Assembly (NCBI RefSeq): GCF_964355755.1
Contig: NC_092675.1
Span: forward strand, 23,594,912-23,658,911
Direction of reading: 5' to 3'
Length of the DNA stretch: 64,000 bases
From: Antedon mediterranea
Taxonomy: Eukaryota; Animalia; Echinodermata
Part shown: positions 51,801-64,000 of the stretch, piece after piece
How the letters are laid out: each line of letters begins with the position of its first letter
How positions within the stretch are numbered: position 1 is the first letter of the stretch
Notes under the pieces: generated by a model
The model's input: the letters and a program-made list of their open reading frames with translations, nothing else
Database searches by the model: none
What the model was told of the DNA's origin: nothing
Position numbers and translations under genes: made by a program

Positions 51801-53957
51801 CTGGCAGATGATCAAGTGTTTTTAAATGTCGTTATTCAAATTTTGTGTTTGTTGAAGGCTGTATTACTATTAAATTAAATGTACTGTAGTAATAACTAAT
51901 TGTTGAAACTGTGTATACTTAAAATATAATTCTTAACAAACTTTTTGATGAATATGCCATTTTAATGTACAGTAACATTACATAATAGTTATCCACTTTG
52001 ACTAAAATTGTATTATTCATTTTTCGTGTTTTTGGGGGACAATACATCTTTAATGCATTAAAATTTACTGTATAATAATTGCTATTATTGGTAATGGTAT
52101 GAGTGTACATTAAAACAATGGCATGTTCTGTACTGAAAAATTCTCTGATCATAAATTAATTTATGACTTTTTTAAACCCTTCACACTTGGCAATCACTGT
52201 CTCTATTCACAGTGTAAATTAAAGGGAACATCCAACATAACTTATTACAAAATACAAGAATAATATTTGCAACTTTGCAATTATCTCTGCTATGGTAATT
52301 ATATTTCTTTTCTCCATTTGAAGCTTTCCATTTTACAATATTTTCACTGCTGTTCATTTTAAATTATTGATACTGTTACATGTAACAATAAACTTGCTTA
52401 CATTGAGGAGGACTCAACTTCTCTTTTTTAGGGGGGTTTATCACACATTGGAGTGTAGGTTAATTGTCTAAAGAGAGTAGACTCTTCTATGAGAAGATTC
52501 ATCAATGTATGACTCCCATCATCAAATCATGTTTACAGTACATTAACTCCACTATTTGTAATTTTAATTATATCAAATTAATTATTAATAATTAAGCTAA
52601 TTTGTCGTAAAAATACACTACTGTATATCTATCTGTACAGTATCTCTGGTGTTACAATAAATTGAGTTTTTGCAACATCAATATAAGATTATAGTATGTC
52701 CAAACTATATTAAGGAATTGATATTGTCAAATTTCAGGCCCCGATACTGTAGGGACTAGTTATTGTCATTGTCAATGTCCAACTACAATACTGTATGTCA
52801 AAAAAAAAAAAAAAAAACTCAATTCATAATAAGAGTTTGTCTTCTATTGGACAGAGCCTATTCCAGAGGCAAAGGTGTACACTTACTGTTAAGTGTTACA
52901 ATTCAACTCACCCTTTCTGCATTTACTTGGGGAATGCTAATATATTACATTATAATACGTGTATATTTAACTGCATGCATTCATTATTATTATTACATTG
53001 TTTTCATTCCTGAGATGTGTTTAACTGTTAAACAATATTCTCAAAAATCATCTATTTATAATATATGAAATGTTTTGAAATTAATGTAAATAAAAACAAA
53101 AAACATTATTTATTTATAATTATATAATTTCATTTGCAGCTACATCAGCATGTGTATCATTAGCTTCTTTAGCATGGGCTTTAGAAGCGTATCACAAAGC
53201 TCTACGTGAAGCCCGAAGTGACAAACAAAACGTGGGATACATTGCATTGACAGTACGTATCATATGGAGGTTATTTGTCGTGGCATCTCGTGTAATCTCA
53301 CTCGGTTTATTTGCATCTGAATACGGATGGGGCGTTTTTATCGTAGTCGGCGTACATTGGGTGTACATGACAGTGTGGCTTATACATCAGAAAACTGATT
53401 TCTGTCCAACTCGATTCGAGGAAATTTTGTTTGATACTGTAATAGGTATAATATATTTATTCTCTTACTTCAACATGAAAGAGGGCCAAACCAGATTTAG
53501 AATGTTATCTTTTTATATTATTATGTTTATAGAAAATTCAATAATGTTTGCTTTGTGGTACTACAATGGCGGTAAAAAATTAATGTACGGTCTGCCAGCA
53601 TTGATTTTTGTTTGGGGAGGGTTTTTCTTTGGCATTGTTGTGATGCTTTTTTACTATAGATGTCTACATCCAAACCAGAGTATTAGGATGTGTGGAAAGG
53701 GGGCAGAAGTTGAGGAGGATGAACCAGATTGCGGCCAAGTATTAAAGTCTGAATCGGAACATTCTAACGAGAATGACGTTGAAAGGGCAAGCCAAGAGGG
53801 AAGCAACTCTAGACTCGATGAGTCGAGCATTGAGAAGAAATCTGCGGAAAAATCGGTAGATGAAGGCAACTTATTCTCTGCTAAAGGTCGAAGGTACTTA
53901 TATTGGGAGATTGGTATGTACATCAATGATACAAAGGCACCAGAAACAAGGCTATAA
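48884..53957 (+). CDS. XK-related protein (XKR4/6/7-like, CED-8 family phospholipid scramblase)
   Basis: Exons 48884-49305 (YIADLVTDV..YWWCGLT), 50177-50361 (DVTMLRLIEAYTESAPQLVLQLYI), 53140-53957 (SLASLAWAL..SRVISLGLFA..IENSIM..YYRCLHP). Paralog identity uncertain. Confidence 0.92.
49340..49690 (+). mobile_element. CR1/L2-type LINE 3' remnant in an XKR intron
   Basis: Residual SIAGPKLWNDLP coding motif (~49391-49426), T-rich UTR, AATAAA, (ATGA)n tail. Confidence 0.65.
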
Positions 53958-54972
53958 TGATGGTACAAACAAGTACACTTAGAAGGATACCGGTAATTTT
54001 TTTTTTTTCAATCCACTGCGTATATAACAAGTTTGAAATCAATAGAATCGAAAACATACTGTTTTATTATTTCCCATTGCTGCTGTTTGGGGAGGGCATG
54101 CAGTATGTACATTATTAAATGGGTTTTGATTTTACAAAGGGATGTAAAAGTTTGAGGTTATGTTGAATTAAATTCGAATACTATATGAGTACAGTGCTGC
54201 TCAAATATAAATATCTCGGTAGTATGTGTAATTCTGTACAGAGTGGATGCTGCAAGCAATAATACAAATATCATATATTATTTTTGTACCCTTTATTTAA
54301 TAACAAGAAGATAAAGTAATTATCAGCACATTTGAAATCATGGCAAATAATTATTAATAAGTTTTAACTTTTATTCAACATTTCTTCCATTTTAATTCAA
54401 AAACATTTTAATTGTCAACTTGTAGTTATGTAAATTTAAATATTTATGCAAGTATTAAACAACAATACGATTGCATAGAAAATGTATTATTAACTCTGTA
54501 CAGTAAAATAGAATTAAGTGTCAAAATTATTTTACATTTTAACGTTGTATCCAATGCCTAGACGTGCTGTACTTTCATTCATTTCATCATTTATTTGAAC
54601 TCGATATCTATTTAAAAAAGCATATTATTTTATCTAAATATCGATCTTCACTCAAAATTACAAATCAACGTAATGTAGTAATGTTTCCTACCTGTACTGT
54701 ACTTAATTTAAATCAAAACCTTTTGTATTTACCATCATATTTCTTCAGGTATATTATTGATATATAACATGTATATATTTGTATTTATTTTTATTTTGTT
54801 ATGCAGAAAAGCGATGTTAAATCTACTATAATTAAACTGCAAAATTGTCAGAATGTGGCCCTTAATTATATAAATGATTTAAATGCCTTAATTTTAAAAA
54901 ATCATTTAATAACTCGCAAGCTCCTCCACTCAGTAAAAAAAAAAGGGGCATATCACATATTAACCTAATAAG

Positions 54973-55083
54973 CTCTGTCTACACTATCAAATGTGATGTG
55001 CCCATATATGGACATGATGATGGCATATCACTACCATATTTTGGCACATCACACTTTCTTTATCAAACTAGTGTAGACAGTGC
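54973..55083. mobile_element. Short hairpin MITE (related copy at ~3906-3991)
   Basis: Termini GCTCTGTCTACACTA / TAGTGTAGACAGTGC; internal GATGTGCCCATATATGGACA..ATATCACTACCATATTT shared with 3935-3990. Confidence 0.6.
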
Positions 55084-55478
55084 TATAGATTGCTCAAAAC
55101 AGCTGATGGGTATAGATTTTCATTATACATTTTACAAAAATGATGTCCATTTTGTGACCCCATAAGGCAAATACAACCATAGATTAAACATTCACCATAC
55201 TAAATACTTAATTTATGAGTTGAAAAATACCAATATAACGGTAACATATTTCCGAACATTTTAAAGTGATGTTTCTAGTGAAAATAATACTGTTTTACTT
55301 TGTGAAAACATTAAAATTGCATGCATGGATCAACTGTTGTCCTCTTCATGAACTATGGTTTTTTCTATGAAATTACTATTATTTGACAGTGTTATTCTTA
55401 ATTAAAGCATAGCATTAAATATGTTTATTGAAGCCGATTCACATTTCCATTGTTTCTGTTATTTAGTTGAGTCAGATG

Positions 55479-58400
55479 TCAATCACTTTTGTCGTCTTCA
55501 CTGTCATCGGACATCAAATGTACCATGTATTTAGGATCTTGTCCAACTAACCAGTATGTCATTACATTACCCTTTCCCTACAATAAAAACCAAAATAAAA
55601 TTTGAAAGTTCAGGCATAGACAGGGAAAATAGTGTTATAAATCAACCCCATCTTTGACACTATAATCTTGTATTAATATATTAATATAATACACTAACCA
55701 ATCAAACAATAACTCAGTGATCATGTTAGAAACTGAATAAGGTTAAATAGTCACCTCTGTTCAAAACTGAATTCTTCCTGGTGGAAATTATAATACAATA
55801 ATACAATACACTAGAAAAGCTAACTTTTCCCAGTTCAAAGTTGAGAAACACGGTATGAGCAATTAGTAGTACTGTAGCTATCTTTTAAAAACTAAAAATG
55901 ACACAATGAAAAGAATGGACTCGCCTTCATTGCAACTAGCCCTCTCTGTTCTAACTGATAACCTCCCAAATCGTCCAAGATTTCCTTTGTTTCTGAACTG
56001 ACATGTATCTTTAGAGCTGCATAATACAAATAAAAATAAAATATAAGTAGGAGAATCTTTGTGATCAATTGAATTGTATTTTGTAGTAAGTAAAAATCCG
56101 AATCATTTTATGAACACACATTCTCCAACTTATTCACTCAATTCATCATTTATAATACCATAGCACAGTGAGATGGTGCTCATTTTTCATTCTAGTTTCA
56201 CCTTTTTACTAACAAATTGGCATTTATCAGTATATTATAGTGGCCGATTGTCATAAGTAGTCCCAGACCACTGTACTTTAGGCCTATCTATTATTATTAT
56301 TACCTAAGCTGTTTGATTCCATCCTGGATGCAGTGTTGATAGTATCGCCAAACAGGCAGTATCTTGGCATTGTTAAACCCACAACACCTGCAACGCAGGA
56401 GCCTAAAGAAAAGTGATGAATAATGATTAAAATTCAGACGAAGTCTAGAATAGATCTATAGAGAATTGATAACCGATTACTGTATAACCAATTCCATGGT
56501 GTTTATTTATTTTTTATTTCACCTTATTTATTATTGTGACCCTAAACAGCATATGCCGACAATCAAGGGGCCCTCTTGATGAGTGTGACAGTGGCTGTGT
56601 GCATACAAGTACACCGGGGTCACCCCCTACTCATAGAACTAGGTTCTTTAAAGTACATGAGTCAGATGTGTACTGGACCTACGGTTTATAGTCCTTATCC
56701 GAAAGGACTAGTTCTACCACCAGATCCATGGAGCGAGTGAGGCTCGAACCCTTGCCGATGTTAATATGGCAAGGTACCACGGTTCCACTGTCCTAACCGC
56801 TTAGCCACTCACTCGCTCGCTTGGTATAATCTCACCGATATATTCTAAATTCATAAATCCATTGTTAATTCCATCTTAATAATTACACCCCTAGTATCTT
56901 TTGCAGTAGGTACAATAGTTTGCAATGGAAGACAAAAAACATGTTGTGTTGTGTGACTCTAACATCATGCTCTTGTTACGGGCAGTTCATCTACAGAACC
57001 CGTATCAAAATTTAATTATTTTTAGATTGAGACTATAAATACAGGATTTAATAAAACCTAAAGTCCTAAAGAATAATAAAGTAGTAACCTATACCCCAAA
57101 TAGTCTGTATTTAATCACACCTAAATCCCTTTCTCAAATTCTCTTTTTAAATAATAAATATCTATATAAAAAGCCCTGTTGCTTTACAACAAACATAGAG
57201 TTGTAATTAAATTACTATACTACTATATATTATAATAATGGTTTTATAATATTGATTTGTACTGATCTGAAATTCACAGTCTATAGAACAAGTAAGGTGA
57301 TATTGTTGGCCTCAGACGTAAAGTTGCCTAAGCCCAGATGAATATACACAGTTTTCAATATGTTGGCTTTTTTTAATTCCTTGAATATTGATTTTCTTTT
57401 CTCCCACATAATGAATTTGAAACATATTGAGTACCAACATAAACTTATTTATAGATGTGTGAATGCGCATTATTAAAAATATATGTATATCGCTAATGCA
57501 TCATATCATAGAGAAAAAGATTCTTTATTTGATGACAGCCGCACAAATTACTGATGTATGCTAGACAGGGGTAATGACCCGAGTGAATTGTACGAACATA
57601 TATTGGTTGATTTTTTTAAAGGGCCTTCAAGATTATATACTGTATGACTGAAGTCTTAACATAATCAATATCATAACAATAAACTATTAATATCACCTTG
57701 CATATAAATCACTTACAATCCAGCTCACTCATTATAGATTATTAGGCTTTTGCATTGATGACGCTAATGTTTAAACATACTGTTTACTTTAGAATTTCAA
57801 ATACTGTAGCAATATATTGCAAACATATTCTGCAGAGTATAGAATTATATATTGTCGTCAAGACTATAGTGATATTGTAATCAAAATAAGGTCTCATATT
57901 TTGTTGACTGTATAATGTATGGTAATTGTTTAAAAACCCTGCCAACTCCTACAAGCATATGTGTACTACAGCATATATTATTTGTTCTTTATTAGCATAA
58001 TTCAACTTTAGTATATATAAACTAAAGGGCTCTCTCATTGTATAACCAAAAAAATTAATACAAAAATATAATAGTACCGGAGTGTATTCCTATACGGAGC
58101 TTCAGTACTTCATCAGGTCGATGCTGGACACGAAATGTTGATATTGATTGCAGTAGTTGCCATGCTGTTGATGCAATTTGCCCTGCGTGACGGTTACCAT
58201 TACGTACAGGAAGACCAGAGGCCAGCATGTATGCATCACCAATAGTTTCGACTTTGTAAACATCATAGTTGGCAATGATTGCATCAAAGCATGTGTACAG
58301 ATCGTTCAGCATGGTCACAACCTATAGAGCATCATCAGATTAGTTGACAATTAAAGGTGGTCATGATGAGGGCCAAGATGAAAACGATGATAACAAAATA

Positions 58401-61400
58401 AAGTTTAAAGCAAAATATTTATTCAACAACAATGTAGTGATTCTGAGTGATATGTATAGGCACCAGAATTAATAAATGACTGGGTAATTCTTAACTACAA
58501 AACATGCAGAAAGGTTGAATGTTACAATGGTACAACACATCCTGATTTACTTTCTATTGACACCAGGCATCAGAAAGGTTGAATCACCCGTGTGACTAAA
58601 TATAGTGTTTGGTCTTACCATGTTAAAAGCTAATAATTATATTCACGAGTACCAATCATTATGCCCTAGGATGATGCCTGCCACTGCATGATAACATCAC
58701 AAGTTGCATCACCTACTTTTTTCTATGACAGGTTTTCTCTGTAGTGTTGTGCACATGAAGCCAATAGCTTATACAAGTTATATACAGTATATGTATTTTT
58801 ACTTTTATAAACACAAATACAATACAGTATTGTAAAATCCCACTATCAATGTGTATGGTTGATATTAAAATTAGTTGTACTTGTAGCAACAACTATAGGC
58901 CTTAAAAGACCGTATTTTGACAGTTTGGTTGTCAGCTGTGATTTGGGACCGAACTCGCAGTTTCATTCTTTCCCTTTTGAAAGACCATAATTTCTTTATT
59001 TTTGGAGTAAAACTCCTACATAAACAAAGTTACCTGTATTGGTGTGCTGGCTGCCGACAAAGCAGTGAAGCCAATAATATCGGAAAAGAAAATGGTAACC
59101 TGCTCAAATGCTTCTGGAAGGACAGAGATTCCTTTGATCAGCTGGGCTGCTATTGACCTGTAAATCATTTTCAACATTTTTAGAACCTCGCTTGAAGACG
59201 TGTTTCAAATGCACTGTTTCAAAGCAATTTTGTAAGTATGATAAAGCACCTTTCTACATCATTTATATAATTTGTTTTTAATCCTTATGGTGTTGGCTGT
59301 GGAGCCTAACAGATTGTATTTGAGTAATTTGCTTGCTTTGTTAAAATCAACCATCTTTAGATAAACAGCCGAATACCGAATAATGTAATAAACAAGCCAG
59401 ATATAAAAAGTAAAGCAAAATATAAATAGAATAGAATAATTAGCATAATACAAACAATGTTAATGTTTGTATTATGCTAATTATTTTATATTTCTTTGAA
59501 TATTTATACAGAATATTAGATAAGCATATATAATATAGAAAGAAAATATTTAAAAGCAGTTACTATCAACTGCAAACCATTTATCAGTAGATGATCTCGT
59601 CTATCTCCTCGTTTAAACAGAGAAATTTCTCCTTATAAATATCACTTAATAACCATTACCAAACTTACGGTGGCAACATTCTGTGCAAGAGAAGATCTGT
59701 CTTTCGTTTTTCCTTTTGTAATTCACTTGTCCTTTCATCTACAAGTTCTTCTAAATTCTTTGTGTAGAGTTCCATCACAGCGATCATGTTATCAAGAATA
59801 TTTGGTTTTCTGAAATATCATAAATGAGCCATATTAGTATACGTTTGATTACTACTATCCATGTAGGCTTGTTTAAAAAAAATGAAAGTTCATGTATTGA
59901 ACAAAAAAAAAGAAATTAAAAGAACATTAATGAAAGTTCATGAATTGAACACAATGATGAAAGAACATTGATGAAAGTTCATGTATTGAATGACAGAACA
60001 TTGATGAAGGAACATCGATGAAAGTTCATGTATTGAACAAAAAAAAAAAGAAATTAAAAGAACATTGATGAAAGTTCATGAATTGAACACAATGATGAAA
60101 GAACATTGATGAAAGTTCATGTATTGAATGACAGAACATTGATGAAGGAACATCAATGAAAGTTCATGTATTGAATGAAAGAATATTGATGAAAATTCAT
60201 GAATTGAACACAACAATGAAAGAACATTGATGAAAGTTCATGTATTGAATGAAAGAACATTGATAAAAGTTCATGTATTGAATGAAAGAACATTGATGAA
60301 AGTTCATGTATAGAACATAACAATGAAAGAACATTCATGAAAGTTCATGTATTGAATGAAAGAACATTGATGAAAGTTCATATAGGGCCTATTAAATGAA
60401 AGAACATTTATGAAAGTTCATGTATTGAATGAAAGAACATTGTTGAAACTCCATGTACTAAATGAAAGAACATTGATGAAAGAACATTGATGAAAGTTCA
60501 TGTATAGAACATAACAATGAAAGAACATTGATGAGAGTTCATGTATTGGATGAAAGAACATTGATGAGAGTTCATGTATAGAACATAACAATGAAAGAAC
60601 ATTGATGAGAGTTCATGTATTGGATGAAAGAACATTGATGAGAGTTCATGTATAGAACATAATGAAAGAACATTGATGAGAGTTCATGTATTGGATGAAA
60701 GAACATTGATGAGAGTTCATGTATTGGATGAAAGAACATTGATGAGAGTTCATGTATTGGATGAAAGAAAATTGATGAGAGTTCATGTATTGGATGAAAG
60801 AACATTGATGAGAGTTCATGTATTGGATGAAAGAACATTGATGAGAGTTCATGTATAGAACATAACAATGAAAGAACATTGATGAGAGTTCATGTATTGG
60901 ATGAAAGAACATTGATGAGAGTTCATGTATTGGATGAAAGAACATTGATGAGAGTTCATGTATAGAACATAACAATGAAAGAACATTGATGAGAGTTCAT
61001 GTATTGGATGAAAGAACATTGATGAGAGTTCATGTATAGAACATAACAATGAAAGAACAATGATGAGAGTCATGTATTGGATGAAAGAACATTGATGAGA
61101 GTTCATGTATTGGATGAAAGAACATTGATGAGAGTTCATGTATTGGATGAAAGAACATTGATGAGAGTTCATGTATTGGATGAAAGAACATTGATGAGAG
61201 TTCATGTATAGAACATAACAATGAAAGAACAATGATGAGAGTCATGTATTGGATGAAAGAAAATTGATGAGAGTTCATGTATTGAATGAAAGAACATTGA
61301 TGAAAGTTCATATAGGGCCTATTAAATGAAAGAACATTTATGAAAGTTCATGTATTGAATGAAAGAACATTGTTGAAACTCCATGTACTAAATGAAAGAA

Positions 61401-63539
61401 CATTGATGAAAGAACATTGATGAAAGTTCATGTATAGAACATAACAATGAAAGAACATTGATGAGAGTTCATGTATTGGATGAAAGAACATTGATGAGAG
61501 TTCATGTATAGAACATAACAATGAAAGAACATTGATGAGAGTTCATGTATTGGATGAAAGAACATTGATGAGAGTTCATGTATAGAACATAATGAAAGAA
61601 CATTGATGAGAGTTCATGTATTGGATGAAAGAACATTGATGAGAGTTCATGTATTGGATGAAAGAACATTGATGAGAGTTCATGTATTGGATGAAAGAAA
61701 ATTGATGAGAGTTCATGTATTGGATGAAAGAACATTGATGAGAGTTCATGTATTGGATGAAAGAACATTGATGAGAGTTCATGTATAGAACATAACAATG
61801 AAAGAACATTGATGAGAGTTCATGTATTGGATGAAAGAACATTGATGAGAGTTCATGTATTGGATGAAAGAACATTGATGAGAGTTCATGTATAGAACAT
61901 AACAATGAAAGAACATTGATGAGAGTTCATGTATTGGATGAAAGAACATTGATGAGAGTTCATGTATAGAACATAACAATGAAAGAACAATGATGAGAGT
62001 CATGTATTGGATGAAAGAACATTGATGAGAGTTCATGTATTGGATGAAAGAACATTGATGAGAGTTCATGTATTGGATGAAAGAACATTGATGAGAGTTC
62101 ATGTATTGGATGAAAGAACATTGATGAGAGTTCATGTATAGAACATAACAATGAAAGAACAATGATGAGAGTCATGTATTGGATGAAAGAAAATTGATGA
62201 GAGTTCATGTATTGGATGAAAGAACATTGATGAGAGTTCATGTATTGGATGAAAGTAGCATTGAAAAGACATTGATGGAAATGCATGTATTGAACATGAA
62301 AGAACATTGATGAAAGTTCATGTTTTGAATGAAAGAGCATTGATAAAAGTTCATGTATTGAACAAAATAAACACAGACTGGGTCTTAGTTACAGTATTTT
62401 AAAATGTATGCTTTATTCAGTTTTTAATCTTTGCAATAATATACTTTAATAAGAACTTATTTATAAACTCACTTATGTGATATACAAAGAGTACTCTGGC
62501 ATAAAATGATTCTTACTCACAATCCATCCTGAAGTGGTGCAATAATTTTCTTTACTTCTAGAAAGGTTGGTCTTTCTTCTGGAATTTCTCTCCAACATTT
62601 GCGCATACATGTGATAACACATGGAGGAGCATTTTCAATTATGTCGCTAATATCTGGTCTGTAAGCTGGAAATAAGCCTGTTTCCACACGTGATATGATG
62701 ACTAAGAATAAAATTATAATTAGTATAGATTGGATTACAAGATTCTGGAACTGTTGGTTTGTAATTTTTATTATTTAAAATAATTATTTGAACAGGGTGG
62801 GGTGGTCCAATAAGTCAAACAAAGACTGGTGTCCTTTGGGGCCATGTGTATGTTATAAATGTCAAAATACACAGACAAATTACAATCTCTATGATGGTAT
62901 ATGCACATAATGATAAATTAATTTATGAGTTATAAATTTAAATCTGAACATTAATTTTCTCAAATGATTCAAAAAGCTGCCGGGGCAAAATAATAGAATG
63001 AATGTCTAATGAAGGTGAATAAGAACGTTATTTAAACTGGCAACTATATTTGTGTATTTCAAACTTGTAAAATATGTTTAAATAAGGTAATTTGGGACCA
63101 AAAATCAAAAGATAACTTTTAAGTAATATTTTATATGTGCCAATATTAAGTATGTTTTATGTATTGTAATAATTTTTTTTTATTGTCTTTTCTAAATTTG
63201 TTATTGAGGACTTTCATGGGCTATCCTGCATCTCTGTATCTGTCTTTTTAACATTTTTTAATTGTATATATCTTTCTGTATCATAAACTGTGTATGTATT
63301 TTTAATGAGATGCAAATAAATCAAATCAAACTTTGTTATATTTACTAATTGTTATAATTTATTGTTTGTTTATTAGTGTTTCTCACCTTCTGGTTCCTCT
63401 TCATTCAAATGATATGGTTCTGCTCTACTGTATATCTCATTTAATATAATAGCAAAAGAATATACATCACCACTGCATGATCCTGCTGGTGGCATCGACT
63501 CCCCTTCTTTAAGGTGTTCAGGAGCCCTCCAAAACAGAT
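55479..63539 (-). CDS. Receptor guanylyl cyclase (speract-receptor-like), 3' portion: kinase-homology, coiled-coil and catalytic domains
   Basis: Exons 63539-63387 ([20 protein letters not shown]), 62701-62521 ([12 protein letters not shown]), 59809-59669 ([24 protein letters not shown]), 59157-59034 ([12 protein letters not shown]), 58321-58078 ([12 protein letters not shown]), 56402-56304 ([19 protein letters not shown]), 56016-55925 (GC donor), 55577-55479 ([13 protein letters not shown]). GTP-specificity residues E (KVET) and C (RYC) present. 5' exons lie beyond the window. Confidence 0.95.
56610..56815 (-). mobile_element. tRNA-derived SINE (Deu/Nin-like core), copy 2
   Basis: Minus strand: TGGCTAAGCGG A-box, GGTTCGAGCC B-box, GGATAAGGACTATAAACCGTAGGTCC core; homologous to 24940-25150. 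Confidence 0.7.
59881..62365. repeat. Intronic satellite, 33-bp monomer with 41-bp variant and a 930-bp higher-order duplication
   Basis: Monomer ATGAAAGAACATTGATGAGAGTTCATGTATTGG; variant ends ..TATAGAACATAACA. Marker TATAGGGCCT at 60381 and 61311; identical ORF translations are offset by 930. Confidence 0.97.
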
Positions 63540-64000
63540 CTACAATAACATAAGAATTTTCTTATTTTTGTGGTTTACTAATTTTTATTAGAATATAGAT
63601 AAAAACATTAAAATGTAACTATAGGATATTTGTTATACTTCAGGCCTATTGCCTCATTATAACACAATAATTTGTTATTTTCAAATTACTAGCAGTTCAA
63701 TCCAGTCAATTCTTAAAGTAGTAAATTTTCTTAATAAATTTGGTTCCCACTCGAACGCAACACAACATCATAGCTACCATGCAATGCAAATGAGTTGACC
63801 AATCACAAGCAACAGTCTGGATGATCCATCATGTCGCGATGGGCCCAATTACTTGTGGTGCGTTGCGTCCAAGTGGAACCATGCCTTTGATACAGAGAGC
63901 CATCGTAAAACTACAGATTCCTAATTTTAACTACTTAGAACTTTCCTTTTTTAAGTCTAAGAAATATTAATAAAAGAGCTTTCAAATTTTGAACTTATTC

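Noticed and set aside
53654-53968. 104-aa minus-strand ORF
   Set aside because: Antisense shadow of the XKR last exon.
60153-62340. Repetitive ORFs ([11 protein letters not shown] / [10 protein letters not shown])
   Set aside because: By-products of a 33-bp monomer inside an intron; open in several frames with no supporting splice structure.

Overview
AT-rich, intron-containing animal genomic DNA, most likely an echinoderm (inferred from a speract-receptor-like guanylyl cyclase and the repeat content). I rebuilt seven spliced genes by hand from splice sites and codon phase: (1) a signal-peptide-bearing 'SHFRG' (Sib/'integrin-beta-like') protein (-, runs off the left edge); (2) ICAP-1/ITGB1BP1 (+); (3) CCM2/malcavernin (-), tail-to-tail with ICAP-1; (4) TMEM68 (+), head-to-head with CCM2; (5) a disrupted signal-PAN/apple-3xLink-module gene (-); (6) an XK-related scramblase (+); (7) the 3' part of a receptor guanylyl cyclase (-). 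Mobile DNA includes two CR1-group LINEs (one with a 2A-like GDISSNPGP motif and PHD finger), a solo LTR with a 5-bp TSD, SINEs, MITEs, a HINE-like element and a Penelope-type fragment with a minimal hammerhead ribozyme. There are three tandem arrays; one multiplies an exon/intron junction of ICAP-1 into repeated pyrimidine-tract-CAG|GT motifs. Homology calls rest on recalled motifs, not database searches.
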